Shown: positions 1 to 10,354, numbered from the stretch's first letter. The stretch: DNA of 64,000 bases from Fibrobacterales bacterium (GCA_051532055.1 JAOPTX010000007.1:173212-237211); one strand, 5' to 3'. Program-made: numbers and translations. The notes: a model not told the origin generated them from the letters alone.

Positions 1-110
1 ATTTTGACTTTAATGACAGCAAGATTTACCTGAAATGATCAGAAAATCTGCTTTTTAATCAACACTACTCATGTCAATATAGAGCAAAAAAAAACAATTA
101 CAGGAACCTG

Positions 111-1025
111 ATGGATCATAACCCCTCTCTTTTTGGAATTACGCAAAAATCTGGCAACTCAGATCGTTTGTGTGGAAATCTTATAGCCTATGCGCTCATT
201 GAAGACTATGAACAAAGTGAGCAAGACACACCGCTCGACGATCTCGTCCAAAATAACATAATTGCCGTTACCGGTGATTACCAAACAGAGCGAAGCCTCA
301 AAGACTTCCTCAATAAGGAGTTTGGGAAAGATGCCGACAAAGGATTCGACGAACTCATCGATCAACTAAAAAAAATGGAGGATAAAGATCTTGAAAGTGA
401 TGAAAACCTTCAAAAAAAGTTTGAGTCCTTCAGCAACATGGAGATCATTCCGGTACCTGCTCGAATTATCTTTTTTGATTCCGAAGAGGAAATCCTCAAC
501 TCTGCCGGAGATATTTTTTGCCTAGGCTCATTTAAGTCTCTTCAAAATGCACACCTGAGTGTAACCTCTTTTCCCATTCTCTATCAAGGAATATACCGAG
601 AACAACAGTCAAAACATTCGACAGCTGAGATTAGTGAGCTCCTTACTCAAATAGAGACTACAGTCCACACCCATACATTAGTGTCTGAAAGCTGGGCCCT
701 TGCCCAATCAAATATATCAAAACATAGTGAAGACCTACAAGACCTATTACTCAACGAAGCACTTCCTAAAATGATCTACCACCTGAATAACCCAGAAGAG
801 TACAACGGATTAGTGACGAGTTTCAAACTCTTTATGAAGCCCTACTCTCTCCCTTCAGATGTCGAAAAGATGCTCTCTTTTTTAGAAGAGTTAAAAAATG
901 GATTACTCGACTCAACTCGTCGCCTTGAACTCATGTGTGAAAAGATTTCAGCGGTACACAATGAAGCATTCGAAAAACTCGAACGAATTCAAAATGAACT
1001 CCGTGCCCTTGGAGTAGAAGAGTAG
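111..1025 (+). CDS. hypothetical protein, acidic, with a helical/coiled-coil-like C-terminus; no family recognised
   Basis: 304-aa ATG ORF; the only competing ORF is a short antisense one (159-365). I recognise no motifs. Confidence 0.55.
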   Translation: MDHNPSLFGITQKSGNSDRLCGNLIAYALIEDYEQSEQDTPLDDLVQNNIIAVTGDYQTERSLKDFLNKEFGKDADKGFDELIDQLKKMEDKDLESDENLQKKFESFSNMEIIPVPARIIFFDSEEEILNSAGDIFCLGSFKSLQNAHLSVTSFPILYQGIYREQQSKHSTAEISELLTQIETTVHTHTLVSESWALAQSNISKHSEDLQDLLLNEALPKMIYHLNNPEEYNGLVTSFKLFMKPYSLPSDVEKMLSFLEELKNGLLDSTRRLELMCEKISAVHNEAFEKLERIQNELRALGVEE

Positions 1026-1046
1026 ATCTCCCCACAGAGTCGCCCT

Positions 1047-2870
1047 CTAGAGCGGCAACTCTTTCATAAGCTGATCAACATTGTTTGTAACTCTCAAATC
1101 TTCAATGAGAGGTGGTGCATGGTGAGGCTTTACTCGTGCATCAATAATCAACGACCCTTTGCATCCCCAATGTTTATTCTCTACAAAGCTCTTTACCCCA
1201 TGAATATCATGAGATGGATTTGAGCGCGTAAAAGTGACCCACAAGAAGTTCTCAATACTTTTTGCAATAAAGTGTGCGTCATCAACAACAACAATCAATG
1301 GAATCCCCTCTAAATTTTCTTCTCGGGTAAGCACCTCAGTGAGTTGATGTATATCACGGAACGAATTGTCAGAGTCTTTAAACTCCGGCCCTTCAATTGC
1401 CATAACCCCCGAAAAAATCATCTCAGGATTTTTAAAACCAAAAGGAAGCGTCATCCCTTCTGGTATATGGCTCCAAAGTGATCGAATAGGAGTTCCCGCA
1501 GCGGCCACAACAACTTTTGACCCTTTATTTAAGCCAGAGCCCGTATAATCGAGGGTGTCAATAGTTGTCTCCGTCTGAAAATGAAGGTCACGGCGCCAAT
1601 CAACCCGCGCAAGAAGATGCTTAAAAAAGAGCCCCACTGAATGTGTTGACAGAGATGGGTCATCTTCTTCTGCTATGATAAAAAGATATTTTGCGAGGGA
1701 GAGTTGGCCAGTCCCCAAGATAAGGTTTGATAACGTAAGAAGCTCTTGAGGACGCTTCTGCTCCATATAAGGCACATACCGCTCCGTACCAATTGCCAAC
1801 AACAAGGGATGAACTCCTGCCTCATCAACAGCATGCACCTCTTTTACTCCCGGAATTTCTGCGGGGATTGCACTTTGAGTTAACTTATGGATAAAAGCAC
1901 CAAATTGAGTGTCTTCCTGGGGAGGTCGACCCACCACGGTAAATGGCCACACTGCATTTTTTCTATGGTATACTGCTTCAACCTTCATTACAGGCATTTC
2001 ATGCACTAAACTATAGTACCCAAGGTGATCACCAAAAGGACCCTCAGGCTTTACAGCACCATGAGGAATAGTACCCACAATACAGAAATCGGCATCTGCT
2101 GAAATGGTATGACCATTTTTGATGGTATACCGAAAACGCCTACCCGCGAGAAGACCACCAAATGTTACTTCTGGCACACCTTCAGGAAGCGGCATAACTG
2201 CAGCAACAGTATGTGCAGGGGGGCCACCAACAAAAATACTTACCTTAAGGTCTTCACCTTTTTTAATTGCCGCTTTGTGGTGTACTGCTATCCCACGATG
2301 CAGCTGGTAGTGCAATCCAATTTCTTTGTTTTCATCATACTCACCCCCATCAAGCTGTACTCGATACATACCCAAATTTGAGTTCATCGGCCCTGGTTGA
2401 TCGGGATCTTCACTATAAACGAGTGGTAACGTTATATAACGCCCACCATCTTCAGGCCATGAAACAAGTCCGGGAAGCTCAGAAATATCAGTAGTACCCC
2501 ACAATACTGGCGCCTGAGAGTGAGAAACTTTTTTGGGAAGTGCATGCAATCCGTGCCGAGCGAGGAGTAAGCTTTTAAAGGGATGTGACAATGCTGCAGA
2601 TGGGTTTACCTTAAGGTCAATCATCTCCTTAGTTCTCTGCTCAGTTTCACGAAAAATATAACCGACCCGTTCCTCAGTCCCATACAGATTTGAAACAGCC
2701 TGAAAAGGTGAACCTTTCACTTTTTCAAAAAGAATTGCTGGGCCACCATTGGCATAGACCCGTCGTTGAATCGCTGCCATTTCTAAATGAGGGTCAACCT
2801 CATGAGATATACGGAGCAATTCACCCCGTTTTTCGAGGTCTTTAATAACATCAGCAGTTTTAAGATACAT
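1047..2870 (-). CDS. ubiD: UbiD-family (prenylated-FMN dependent) aromatic acid decarboxylase, long form (menaquinone/ubiquinone-type)
   Basis: ~607-aa ORF with the typical UbiD N-terminus (MYLKTADVIKDLEKRGELLRISHEVDPHLEMAAIQRR) and overall UbiD-like sequence. The track ORF begins 10 codons upstream at 2900; the ATG at 2870 fits family N-termini better. Confidence 0.8.
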   Translation of the reverse strand: MYLKTADVIKDLEKRGELLRISHEVDPHLEMAAIQRRVYANGGPAILFEKVKGSPFQAVSNLYGTEERVGYIFRETEQRTKEMIDLKVNPSAALSHPFKSLLLARHGLHALPKKVSHSQAPVLWGTTDISELPGLVSWPEDGGRYITLPLVYSEDPDQPGPMNSNLGMYRVQLDGGEYDENKEIGLHYQLHRGIAVHHKAAIKKGEDLKVSIFVGGPPAHTVAAVMPLPEGVPEVTFGGLLAGRRFRYTIKNGHTISADADFCIVGTIPHGAVKPEGPFGDHLGYYSLVHEMPVMKVEAVYHRKNAVWPFTVVGRPPQEDTQFGAFIHKLTQSAIPAEIPGVKEVHAVDEAGVHPLLLAIGTERYVPYMEQKRPQELLTLSNLILGTGQLSLAKYLFIIAEEDDPSLSTHSVGLFFKHLLARVDWRRDLHFQTETTIDTLDYTGSGLNKGSKVVVAAAGTPIRSLWSHIPEGMTLPFGFKNPEMIFSGVMAIEGPEFKDSDNSFRDIHQLTEVLTREENLEGIPLIVVVDDAHFIAKSIENFLWVTFTRSNPSHDIHGVKSFVENKHWGCKGSLIIDARVKPHHAPPLIEDLRVTNNVDQLMKELPL

Positions 2871-3010
2871 AGCCAGCTCACAAACATTGTTTCTATGCAA
2901 ATTTATGTAATATGTTTCATTTATTTAATCAAATGAGTGAAAATCATCCAAAACTTTGGTAGAATATACAATCATTGTAAGTAGACACAGAAGTATCTCA
3001 CGAGAGTTAG

Positions 3011-4366
3011 ATGAACGGAACAGACCCGGTACGTATTTTAGTTGTTGATGACAACACCGCTATACATGAAGATTTCAGATCAATCCTTTCTGATAGTGAA
3101 AATGATAGCACTGCTCAAAACTTAAAAAAATATGAAGATGCACTCTTTGCGAAACCAGCTGAAAAGCCCGTCATACAAACCACCTACACCAACTACCGTA
3201 TTGATCACGCCTACAATGCACAAGAGGCAATTAATATGGTTCATGTGTCTGAAAAAGAATCTGACCCTTACGCCCTTATTTTTATGGATGTACGCATGCC
3301 CCCAGGCATGGATGGAATACAGGCGATTCAAAATATTTGGGATGACTATCCAGAGATAGAAATGGTGATATGCACTGCTCACTCTGATTATAACTGGGAT
3401 CAAATTATTGAAAAGCTTGGTTTAACCGACCATCTACTCATTTTAAAAAAACCATTTGATAGTGTTGCAGTCAAACAGTTTGCTCTCACACAATCCACCA
3501 AATGGAAGCTTCAAAAAAGCAACAAACTGTATACTGCCTCTCTTGAAGAAAAAGTTGTAGAGCGAACCTCTGAACTACAATTCTCCCTCGACCAACTTAA
3601 AAGCGCTCAAACCCAACTCATTCAGTCAGAAAAAATGGCATCCCTAGGAGAACTTGTTGCTGGGGTCGCCCACGAAATCAACACCCCTATAGGTGTCGGC
3701 ATTACCGCGGCATCATTCATTGATGATAACACTCATGAGCTTAAAAAACGGTACGAAGACAAAAAAATATCCAATCAGTTTATGCAAGAGTACATCAACA
3801 CTGTTACCACGAGTAGTAAAATGCTCATGACAAACCTCAATCGTGCTGCAGAACTTATTGCCGGCTTTAAACAGGTTGCCGTAGATCAAACTACTGACCT
3901 AAAACGCACTTTTAAAATTTCAGAACTCATTCACAATGTAACCTTTAGCCTAAATCCAAGACTTAAACAGGCAGGAGTTACCATAAATATTAATTGTGAC
4001 GAAGACCTTTCGTTCAATAGCTACCCTGGTTCATTTTCACAAGTGATGACCAATATGATCATGAACTCTATTATCCATGGTTTCGAAGAACAACTCAATG
4101 GCGTTATCGATGTCACTGTAACCACAGATACCCAACTCGTAACCATTCTATATCAAGATAACGGTAGAGGAATTGGCCCTGATCAAATTAAAAAAGTATT
4201 TGATCCTTTTTATACTACTAAAAGAGGGCAAGGGGGTACTGGTCTTGGCATGCACATTATTTACAATATTATTTCTCAAAACTTTAAAGGAAACATTGTC
4301 TGTGAAAGTGAGCAAAGCTCTTACACTCGCTTTACGATAACCATCCCTTTTAGTCAACTCCAATAA
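3011..4366 (+). CDS. receiver-first histidine kinase (N-terminal REC, coiled coil, HEINTP-type DHp, HATPase_c)
   Basis: REC motifs VVDD, FMDVRMPPGMDG, ICTAHSD and LKKPF. H-box AGVAHEINTPIG. N-box MNSIIHG. G-boxes DNGRGI and GGTGLGMHI. Confidence 0.85.
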   Translation: MNGTDPVRILVVDDNTAIHEDFRSILSDSENDSTAQNLKKYEDALFAKPAEKPVIQTTYTNYRIDHAYNAQEAINMVHVSEKESDPYALIFMDVRMPPGMDGIQAIQNIWDDYPEIEMVICTAHSDYNWDQIIEKLGLTDHLLILKKPFDSVAVKQFALTQSTKWKLQKSNKLYTASLEEKVVERTSELQFSLDQLKSAQTQLIQSEKMASLGELVAGVAHEINTPIGVGITAASFIDDNTHELKKRYEDKKISNQFMQEYINTVTTSSKMLMTNLNRAAELIAGFKQVAVDQTTDLKRTFKISELIHNVTFSLNPRLKQAGVTININCDEDLSFNSYPGSFSQVMTNMIMNSIIHGFEEQLNGVIDVTVTTDTQLVTILYQDNGRGIGPDQIKKVFDPFYTTKRGQGGTGLGMHIIYNIISQNFKGNIVCESEQSSYTRFTITIPFSQLQ

Positions 4367-4373
4367 GGCGCCT

Positions 4374-6524
4374 ATGAGTACTCAAAAACGAATTTTAATT
4401 GTTGATGACACTCAATCTATACATGACGATTTTCGCCATACTCTCACTCGGCTCACTCATCACACTTCAGCGGCATTAGAGCTTGAAAAAGAACTCTTTG
4501 ACGAACCAAGCCTTGATGAACAATTTCAAGACTTTAACTACACTATCGAAAGCGCCTATCAAGGACTAGAAGCCATTACCATGGTACACGAAGCTGAAAA
4601 GGAGGGCAACCCTTACTGCTTGATCTTTATGGATGTACGCATGCCCCCAGGAATAGATGGTATCGAAACCATATACCGCATTTGGGAAGAGTTTCCTCAT
4701 ATCGAAATGGCTATTTGCTCAGCCTATTCAGACTATTCATGGACTGCAATTAAAGAACGACTGCAACAGACAGACAAACTTGTTTTCCTAAAAAAGCCAT
4801 TTACCAAAGATACGATAATTCAGACGACCTATCTTTTGGCTAAAAAATGGGATACCCAGCATTCAAGTCACGATCAGATTGCCTTACTCCAGCAAGAAGT
4901 ACTTGAACGAAAAAAACAGATCGCATCTATAAAAATTGAACTTGATACCATTACTCAGCATTATAAAACAACCACCTTTTTGAAAAACAACTATATGGCT
5001 TCTGTAAGCCAGGAAATCATATCACCCCTGAATGGCATTCTAGCAGTAACCGACCTCTTACTCGATACCTCACTCGATGAAGAACAAAAGGGACTTGCCC
5101 AAAGCATTCAAAACTCGAGTCACTCGGCATATGAAAAAGTATCTAACTTACTTGAATACCAACTCCTTGACACGTCTCACAACACGAGTGAACCTGTTGA
5201 ATTTAATATCCGAGCCCTGATTGAAAACATACTTGAGCTTGTGCAAGTAACCTCAGAAGACAAACAGATTACACTCACATCGTCTCTTCATTCATCAATA
5301 CCAAGAAATTGCAAAGGGGAACCGGTAAAAATCAAGCAAATGCTTATCCAGCTGTTACTGAATGCTATTGAAAGGACTGAACAAGGTCGCATTGATATCA
5401 CCATTAATAGAAACTTCACACAAGACAGCATAACAACTACGCACCTTCTTTTTACAGTGAGCGATACCGGAACAGTCCCCAGCAATGAAGAGCGCGCCCA
5501 ATTTGAGAGCAATGATATACCAGAAATAGGAGCGCATGGATATCGCATCTACCTCTTTAAGAAGATACTTAAAACCATTGAAGGCAATACTCCTCCAAAA
5601 CAGCAGCTCGAATCGGGAACCGCATACTCCTTCTCAATACCTATTACGCTATTAGATAATGAAAACCTTATTGCGCACTCAACTTCGACTCAGGATACCA
5701 TTCAAAATTTATCATGCTTGATTATTGGCGATAACTCAACCAACAGAAAAATCCTTTCGCTTCATCTGAAACACTGGGGCGCAAAGAGTACTGAAGTCTC
5801 TTCTATAGAGGCTGGTCTTGAGAAAATAGCCGTACTGAGAAACAGTAGTGAAGGGTATTCCATGATTTTACTCGACTTTAAAGATCCGAGTACCGCACCC
5901 TATTTAGACTTTGCCCAACTATTACAACAACTCAACAGCCCCACTAACCCTTATAAACTCATCGCCATAATTCCTCAGGGACATAAAGGGGATCTCATCA
6001 AATTTAGAGAGGCTGGATACAGCGCATACCTCTCAAAGCCAATTAAGCAAAAACAACTTTTTAACTGCCTGATGCTCTTAAAGCTCAGCATGTTCAATCA
6101 ACTTAAATTACCCAATATTATCACTAAATATATCCTTGATGAGTATTCAATGGAGCGCTTTTCTATGCTCATTGTCGAAAGTGACATCGTTTCACAGCGT
6201 CTTCTCCTCTATATTTTTGCTGAAATGAGGATCATTTGCGATATTGCTACTACTTCTGAAGAAGCTATTGAAGCTTTACAGAAAAAACAGTATGATCTAG
6301 TGGCTTGTACTAATATTTCACCTTCAATTAGTGGGGTTAAAATATTTGAACAAACGATTCAGAGCAGGAAAAACAACCAGTGTCGATTCATTGGTATAAC
6401 ATCACATGCAGAGAAACTGTGGGGAATATTTACAGAAGGAACCAAAGTGGAAGGTATTATCCAAAAACCATTTGATAAGGCAACTATTACTTCAATGATG
6501 AAAAAGATAATGTCTCGGGAATAA
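4374..6524 (+). CDS. REC + degenerate histidine-kinase core (H-box His replaced by Gln, G2 box lost) + two further receiver-like domains; probable pseudokinase/phosphorelay scaffold
   Basis: The N-terminal REC is intact (IVDD, FMDVRMPPGIDG, ICSAYSD, LKKPF). The H-box reads MASVSQEIISPLNGI (Gln codon at 5010-5012). The ATP-lid region is SDTGTV...GAHGYRIYLF with no GxGLGL. REC2 has LLDFKDP and LSKPI. REC3 has DLVACTNIS where an acceptor Asp is expected. Confidence 0.8.
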   Translation: MSTQKRILIVDDTQSIHDDFRHTLTRLTHHTSAALELEKELFDEPSLDEQFQDFNYTIESAYQGLEAITMVHEAEKEGNPYCLIFMDVRMPPGIDGIETIYRIWEEFPHIEMAICSAYSDYSWTAIKERLQQTDKLVFLKKPFTKDTIIQTTYLLAKKWDTQHSSHDQIALLQQEVLERKKQIASIKIELDTITQHYKTTTFLKNNYMASVSQEIISPLNGILAVTDLLLDTSLDEEQKGLAQSIQNSSHSAYEKVSNLLEYQLLDTSHNTSEPVEFNIRALIENILELVQVTSEDKQITLTSSLHSSIPRNCKGEPVKIKQMLIQLLLNAIERTEQGRIDITINRNFTQDSITTTHLLFTVSDTGTVPSNEERAQFESNDIPEIGAHGYRIYLFKKILKTIEGNTPPKQQLESGTAYSFSIPITLLDNENLIAHSTSTQDTIQNLSCLIIGDNSTNRKILSLHLKHWGAKSTEVSSIEAGLEKIAVLRNSSEGYSMILLDFKDPSTAPYLDFAQLLQQLNSPTNPYKLIAIIPQGHKGDLIKFREAGYSAYLSKPIKQKQLFNCLMLLKLSMFNQLKLPNIITKYILDEYSMERFSMLIVESDIVSQRLLLYIFAEMRIICDIATTSEEAIEALQKKQYDLVACTNISPSISGVKIFEQTIQSRKNNQCRFIGITSHAEKLWGIFTEGTKVEGIIQKPFDKATITSMMKKIMSRE

Positions 6525-6544
6525 ATAGGTACTATTATAACAAT

Positions 6545-7855
6545 ATGGAACGATTAACCAGTCGAATACTTGTAGTTGATGATAACGCCTCAATACATGA
6601 TGATTTTAAAAACATCATTACTGAGACGAATAAGTCAAAAAATAAAAAAACCGCCCAGCTAGAAGGCGAGCTTTTTGGCATTGCATCAACGACAAATGAA
6701 ATTGTTGATACCTATGAGTACCAGATCGATGATGCCTATCAAGGTGAAGAAGCGGTTCAAATGGTTGATACTGCCGAAAAAGAGGGTAGACCTTACTCTC
6801 TGATCTTCATGGATGTTCGAATGCCCCCAGGAATAGACGGCATCAAAGCAATACAATTAATATGGGACCAATACCCCCATATTGAAATGGTTATCTGTAC
6901 CGCACACTCAGATTATAAGTGGAATCAAATAGTCGACATGTTTGGGCAAACTGACAAACTTATCTTTATGAAAAAGCCGTTTGATAGTGTTTCAGTAAAA
7001 CAAATGGCTATGACCCTCTGTACTAAATGGCAACTTGCACGTACCAATGCAGAGCATGTACACAATCTCGAGGAAGCCCTTTTAGAACGTAAAAAAGCTG
7101 CACAAGAACTCAAGCTCGCCAAAGAGCGTGCTGAATCAGCCAATATTGCCAAATCAGAATTCCTTGCCAACATGAGTCATGAACTCAGAACCCCAATGCA
7201 TGGGATCCTGAGTTATTCACAATTTGGCATCAAAAAATATAATAATGAAAACAAAGAAAAAGTTCTCGACTATTTTAAAAACATCAATAGCTGTGGTAAA
7301 CGGCTTATGGACCTTCTCAATGACCTTCTAGACCTCTCAAAACTTGAGGCTGGAAAAATGGACTACAATTTTGAGCAGAGTGATCTCCTCTATGAACTCC
7401 GTTTAGTCCTCTCTGAATTCCATGCTCTGATTCAAGAGAAAGGAGTGTTAATCGATGTTATTGACCCCCTCTGTTCTGTATCAGTACCGATTGATAAAAT
7501 GAAAATTAATCAGGTATTTCGAAATCTCATTTCTAATGCCATCAAATACTCATCCGAGGGGAAGACTATTCAAATAACCTTCAACGAATCGAGCAATGAC
7601 AACAAAGAACTACTCAACTGTTCCATTATCGACGAAGGGGTTGGGATTCCCAATAATGAATTAGAACGAGTCTTTGACAAATTTATACAATCGAGCACCA
7701 CAAAAGATGGCTCAGGTGGCACCGGACTTGGACTTGCCATTTGTCGTGAAATCATTTCCGCTCACCAAGGAACTATCTGGGCAGAACACAATCCTTTAGG
7801 CCAAGGCTCACAATTTATTTTTACCGTCCCAAAAGAACAAAAGCCATCCGAATAA
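6545..7855 (+). CDS. receiver-first histidine kinase (REC paralogous to the two upstream genes + canonical HisKA/HATPase_c)
   Basis: REC motifs VVDD, FMDVRMPPGIDG, ICTAHSD and MKKPF. H-box [17 protein letters not shown]-box ISNAIKYS. G-boxes DEGVGIP and GGTGLGLAICREI. Confidence 0.9.
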   Translation: MERLTSRILVVDDNASIHDDFKNIITETNKSKNKKTAQLEGELFGIASTTNEIVDTYEYQIDDAYQGEEAVQMVDTAEKEGRPYSLIFMDVRMPPGIDGIKAIQLIWDQYPHIEMVICTAHSDYKWNQIVDMFGQTDKLIFMKKPFDSVSVKQMAMTLCTKWQLARTNAEHVHNLEEALLERKKAAQELKLAKERAESANIAKSEFLANMSHELRTPMHGILSYSQFGIKKYNNENKEKVLDYFKNINSCGKRLMDLLNDLLDLSKLEAGKMDYNFEQSDLLYELRLVLSEFHALIQEKGVLIDVIDPLCSVSVPIDKMKINQVFRNLISNAIKYSSEGKTIQITFNESSNDNKELLNCSIIDEGVGIPNNELERVFDKFIQSSTTKDGSGGTGLGLAICREIISAHQGTIWAEHNPLGQGSQFIFTVPKEQKPSE

Positions 7856-7924
7856 TATCAATTCTCTATTGCCCCCACCCCAGAACTATGATATACTCAA
7901 GCATACTTCCCACCTGAGAATGGT

Positions 7925-9202
7925 ATGAGAAAAACACGCATCCTCTATGTTGATGACGAGCAACAGAATTGCATTGTTTTTAAAGCAACGTTTAAAAATA
8001 AATACATAATAACCACCTGTACCTCTGCAAAAGAGGCGTTAGAGCTTATTAAAACTGAAACCTATCCTCTTATTATTTCAGACTATAAAATGCCCGACAT
8101 TAACGGTGTCGATTTCTTTCAACAATCACTCAATTACTCCCCCACCTCAATTCGCGTATTAGTAACAGCCTACAGTGATATTGATACTATTGTCAGTGCA
8201 GTCAACAGAGGTTATATCTATCAGTTTATTTCTAAACCCTGGAACGACCAGGAACTGGGTGTCGTTATTGAAAATGGACTTAACAAGTACTACTTGGAAC
8301 AAGAAAACAAAGAACTCTTTAATCAAATTTCTCTTTATTCTAAAGACCTTGAATCACTACTAAAAAATAAAATACGGGATCTTAAAGAAAGTAATACTCT
8401 TCTCAACAAAGAAGTCACCGCCCACAAGGAGACCATCGACAAACTCGAAGGCGCGATTGAAAAGTCAGAAGAGGCCAATGAGGTGAAAAGCTCTTTTTTA
8501 GCAAATATGAGTCACGAACTGCGCACCCCAATGCATGGAATCCTCAGCTTCGCACAGTTGGGTATCTCTAAAGCAGAAACGGCACCTATTTCAAAGCTGG
8601 TAGCCTACTTCCAGCATATTAATGATAGTGGGCAACGCCTACTCACTCTATTAAACAATATTCTCGACTTGGCAAAACTCGAATCTAAATCCATTGATTA
8701 TTATTTTACAGAAAACAATGTACTTCGAGAAGTCGACGCGTCTATACATGAGTTTATGGTACTACTCGATTCAAATAACATTGAGATCAAGCTTATGGAC
8801 AATCTTGATGACTCCCGTTTTACTTTTGATCAAATCCGTGTGGGACAAGTACTGAGAAATCTTATTCTCAATGCAATAAAATTTTCACCAGCCAATAGCA
8901 CTATTACACTATCACTTAACGAAACGACCACTACAGTAGATTCTCACCCAATCCCCGCAGTACAATGCACACTTCTCGATCAAGGTGTCGGCATACCTGA
9001 TGGAGAACTCGAGAATGTATTTGATAAATTTATTCAAAGCAGTAAAACAAACAATGGAGCTGGAGGCACGGGTCTTGGTCTCTCGATTTGTAAAGAGATA
9101 ATAGAAGCTCATGGTGGTACTATTTGGGCTCAAAATAGAGACGATCAAGCGGGAGCTGCCTTTACTTTTATTCTCCCACGAAGCCAAGAGATTAAACCCT
9201 AA
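7925..9202 (+). CDS. receiver-first histidine kinase (different REC subfamily; kinase core paralogous to 6545-7855)
   Basis: REC motifs YVDDE, ISDYKMPDINGV, VTAYSD and ISKPW. H-box [16 protein letters not shown]. The catalytic core [38 protein letters not shown] nearly matches the preceding gene. Confidence 0.9.
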   Translation: MRKTRILYVDDEQQNCIVFKATFKNKYIITTCTSAKEALELIKTETYPLIISDYKMPDINGVDFFQQSLNYSPTSIRVLVTAYSDIDTIVSAVNRGYIYQFISKPWNDQELGVVIENGLNKYYLEQENKELFNQISLYSKDLESLLKNKIRDLKESNTLLNKEVTAHKETIDKLEGAIEKSEEANEVKSSFLANMSHELRTPMHGILSFAQLGISKAETAPISKLVAYFQHINDSGQRLLTLLNNILDLAKLESKSIDYYFTENNVLREVDASIHEFMVLLDSNNIEIKLMDNLDDSRFTFDQIRVGQVLRNLILNAIKFSPANSTITLSLNETTTTVDSHPIPAVQCTLLDQGVGIPDGELENVFDKFIQSSKTNNGAGGTGLGLSICKEIIEAHGGTIWAQNRDDQAGAAFTFILPRSQEIKP

Positions 9203-9258
9203 TCACTCGCCTTCTAAAACGAAATCTATAAATTACCCCATAGTTATTTCTATATTAG

Positions 9259-10350
9259 ATGCCTATTCTACAACCTGGTTTCTCAATGTCTACCCCATCA
9301 CTTAGCACTTTTGTGAGTACAATTGCCCCCCTTTCCGAGAAACTGAAAGCTACAGCACAGCATAAAATTAATTTCAAAACCAAGCCACTCGGTTCCCTTG
9401 GTACTCTTGAAGATATCGCTGTACAAATGGCCACTATTCAAAAAACACTTGACCCTACCATTACCCATAAAGCGATGTTTACCTTTGCCGCTGACCACGG
9501 CATTGCAGAGGAAGGCGTTTCGGCATTCCCTCAAGAAGTAACCCAACAAATGGTACTCAATTTTTTGAACAATGGAGCAGCAATTAATGTACTCTGTAAA
9601 CACAATGACATCAAACTTTCTGTCATTGACGTAGGGGTTAAAGGGCAAGCAATTTCTCATCCGAATCTTATTTCAAAACCTATTGCTTCGGGAACAACAA
9701 ATTTTTCAAAAGAACAAGCCATGAGCAAGGATCAGGCAATTGCAGCACTGACTATTGGCCGCGAACACTTTATTGCTGAACATGCTAAAAAACCACTCTC
9801 CATTATTGGTCTTGGTGAAATGGGCATTGGCAACACCACTACAGCTACTGCAATAATTTCTGCAATCAGCGACAAACCAGTTAAAGAGTGTACCGGCTCC
9901 GGTACAGGAGTCACTGAAGAGACGTTACTTCATAAAATTTCGATAATCGAAAATGCACTCGCCCTCCACAAACCAAATACAAACGACGCACTTGACGTTC
10001 TTTGTAAAGTAGGTGGTTTTGAAATTGCCGCCATGGCAGGCGCAGCACTTGCCGCAGCAGAACACGGATGTGCGGTAGTACTTGATGGACTCATTTCTAC
10101 TGCTGCAGGCCTTATAGCATTTTCATTTAACCCAATAGTTGCAGAATACTGTATCGCTGGTCATAAGTCTGTCGAAAGAGGGCACATATATGCTCTAGAA
10201 ACTATGGGTCTCACTCCCATACTTGACCTAAACTTTAGACTTGGTGAAGGGACAGGAGCAGCCCTTGCAATAAATATTGTTGATGCAGCCTGTGCTATCA
10301 TGAGAGAAATGGCATCATTTGAATCTGCCGGCGTCTCAAATGTTGAGTAA
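9259..10350 (+). CDS. cobT: nicotinate-nucleotide--dimethylbenzimidazole phosphoribosyltransferase
   Basis: Hallmark motifs GLGEMGIGNTTTATAI and RLGEGTGAALA; the length is typical. The start could be the ATG at 9286 instead. Confidence 0.9.
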   Translation: MPILQPGFSMSTPSLSTFVSTIAPLSEKLKATAQHKINFKTKPLGSLGTLEDIAVQMATIQKTLDPTITHKAMFTFAADHGIAEEGVSAFPQEVTQQMVLNFLNNGAAINVLCKHNDIKLSVIDVGVKGQAISHPNLISKPIASGTTNFSKEQAMSKDQAIAALTIGREHFIAEHAKKPLSIIGLGEMGIGNTTTATAIISAISDKPVKECTGSGTGVTEETLLHKISIIENALALHKPNTNDALDVLCKVGGFEIAAMAGAALAAAEHGCAVVLDGLISTAAGLIAFSFNPIVAEYCIAGHKSVERGHIYALETMGLTPILDLNFRLGEGTGAALAINIVDAACAIMREMASFESAGVSNVE

Positions 10351-10354
10351 TTCT

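Noticed and set aside
159-9660. Numerous 60-125-aa ORFs in the track lying antisense to, or out of frame within, the large genes of the first 10 kb. Examples: 159-365, 1366-1548, 2109-2381, 2119-2310, 2267-2494, 3122-3403, 3132-3359, 4148-4363, 5288-5548, 6925-7173, 7570-7755, 8912-9187, 9298-9660.
   Set aside because: Each is fully embedded in a longer ORF that has clear family motifs. They have low-complexity or odd composition and no ribosome-binding site or motif support. These are typical shadow ORFs of AT-rich DNA.
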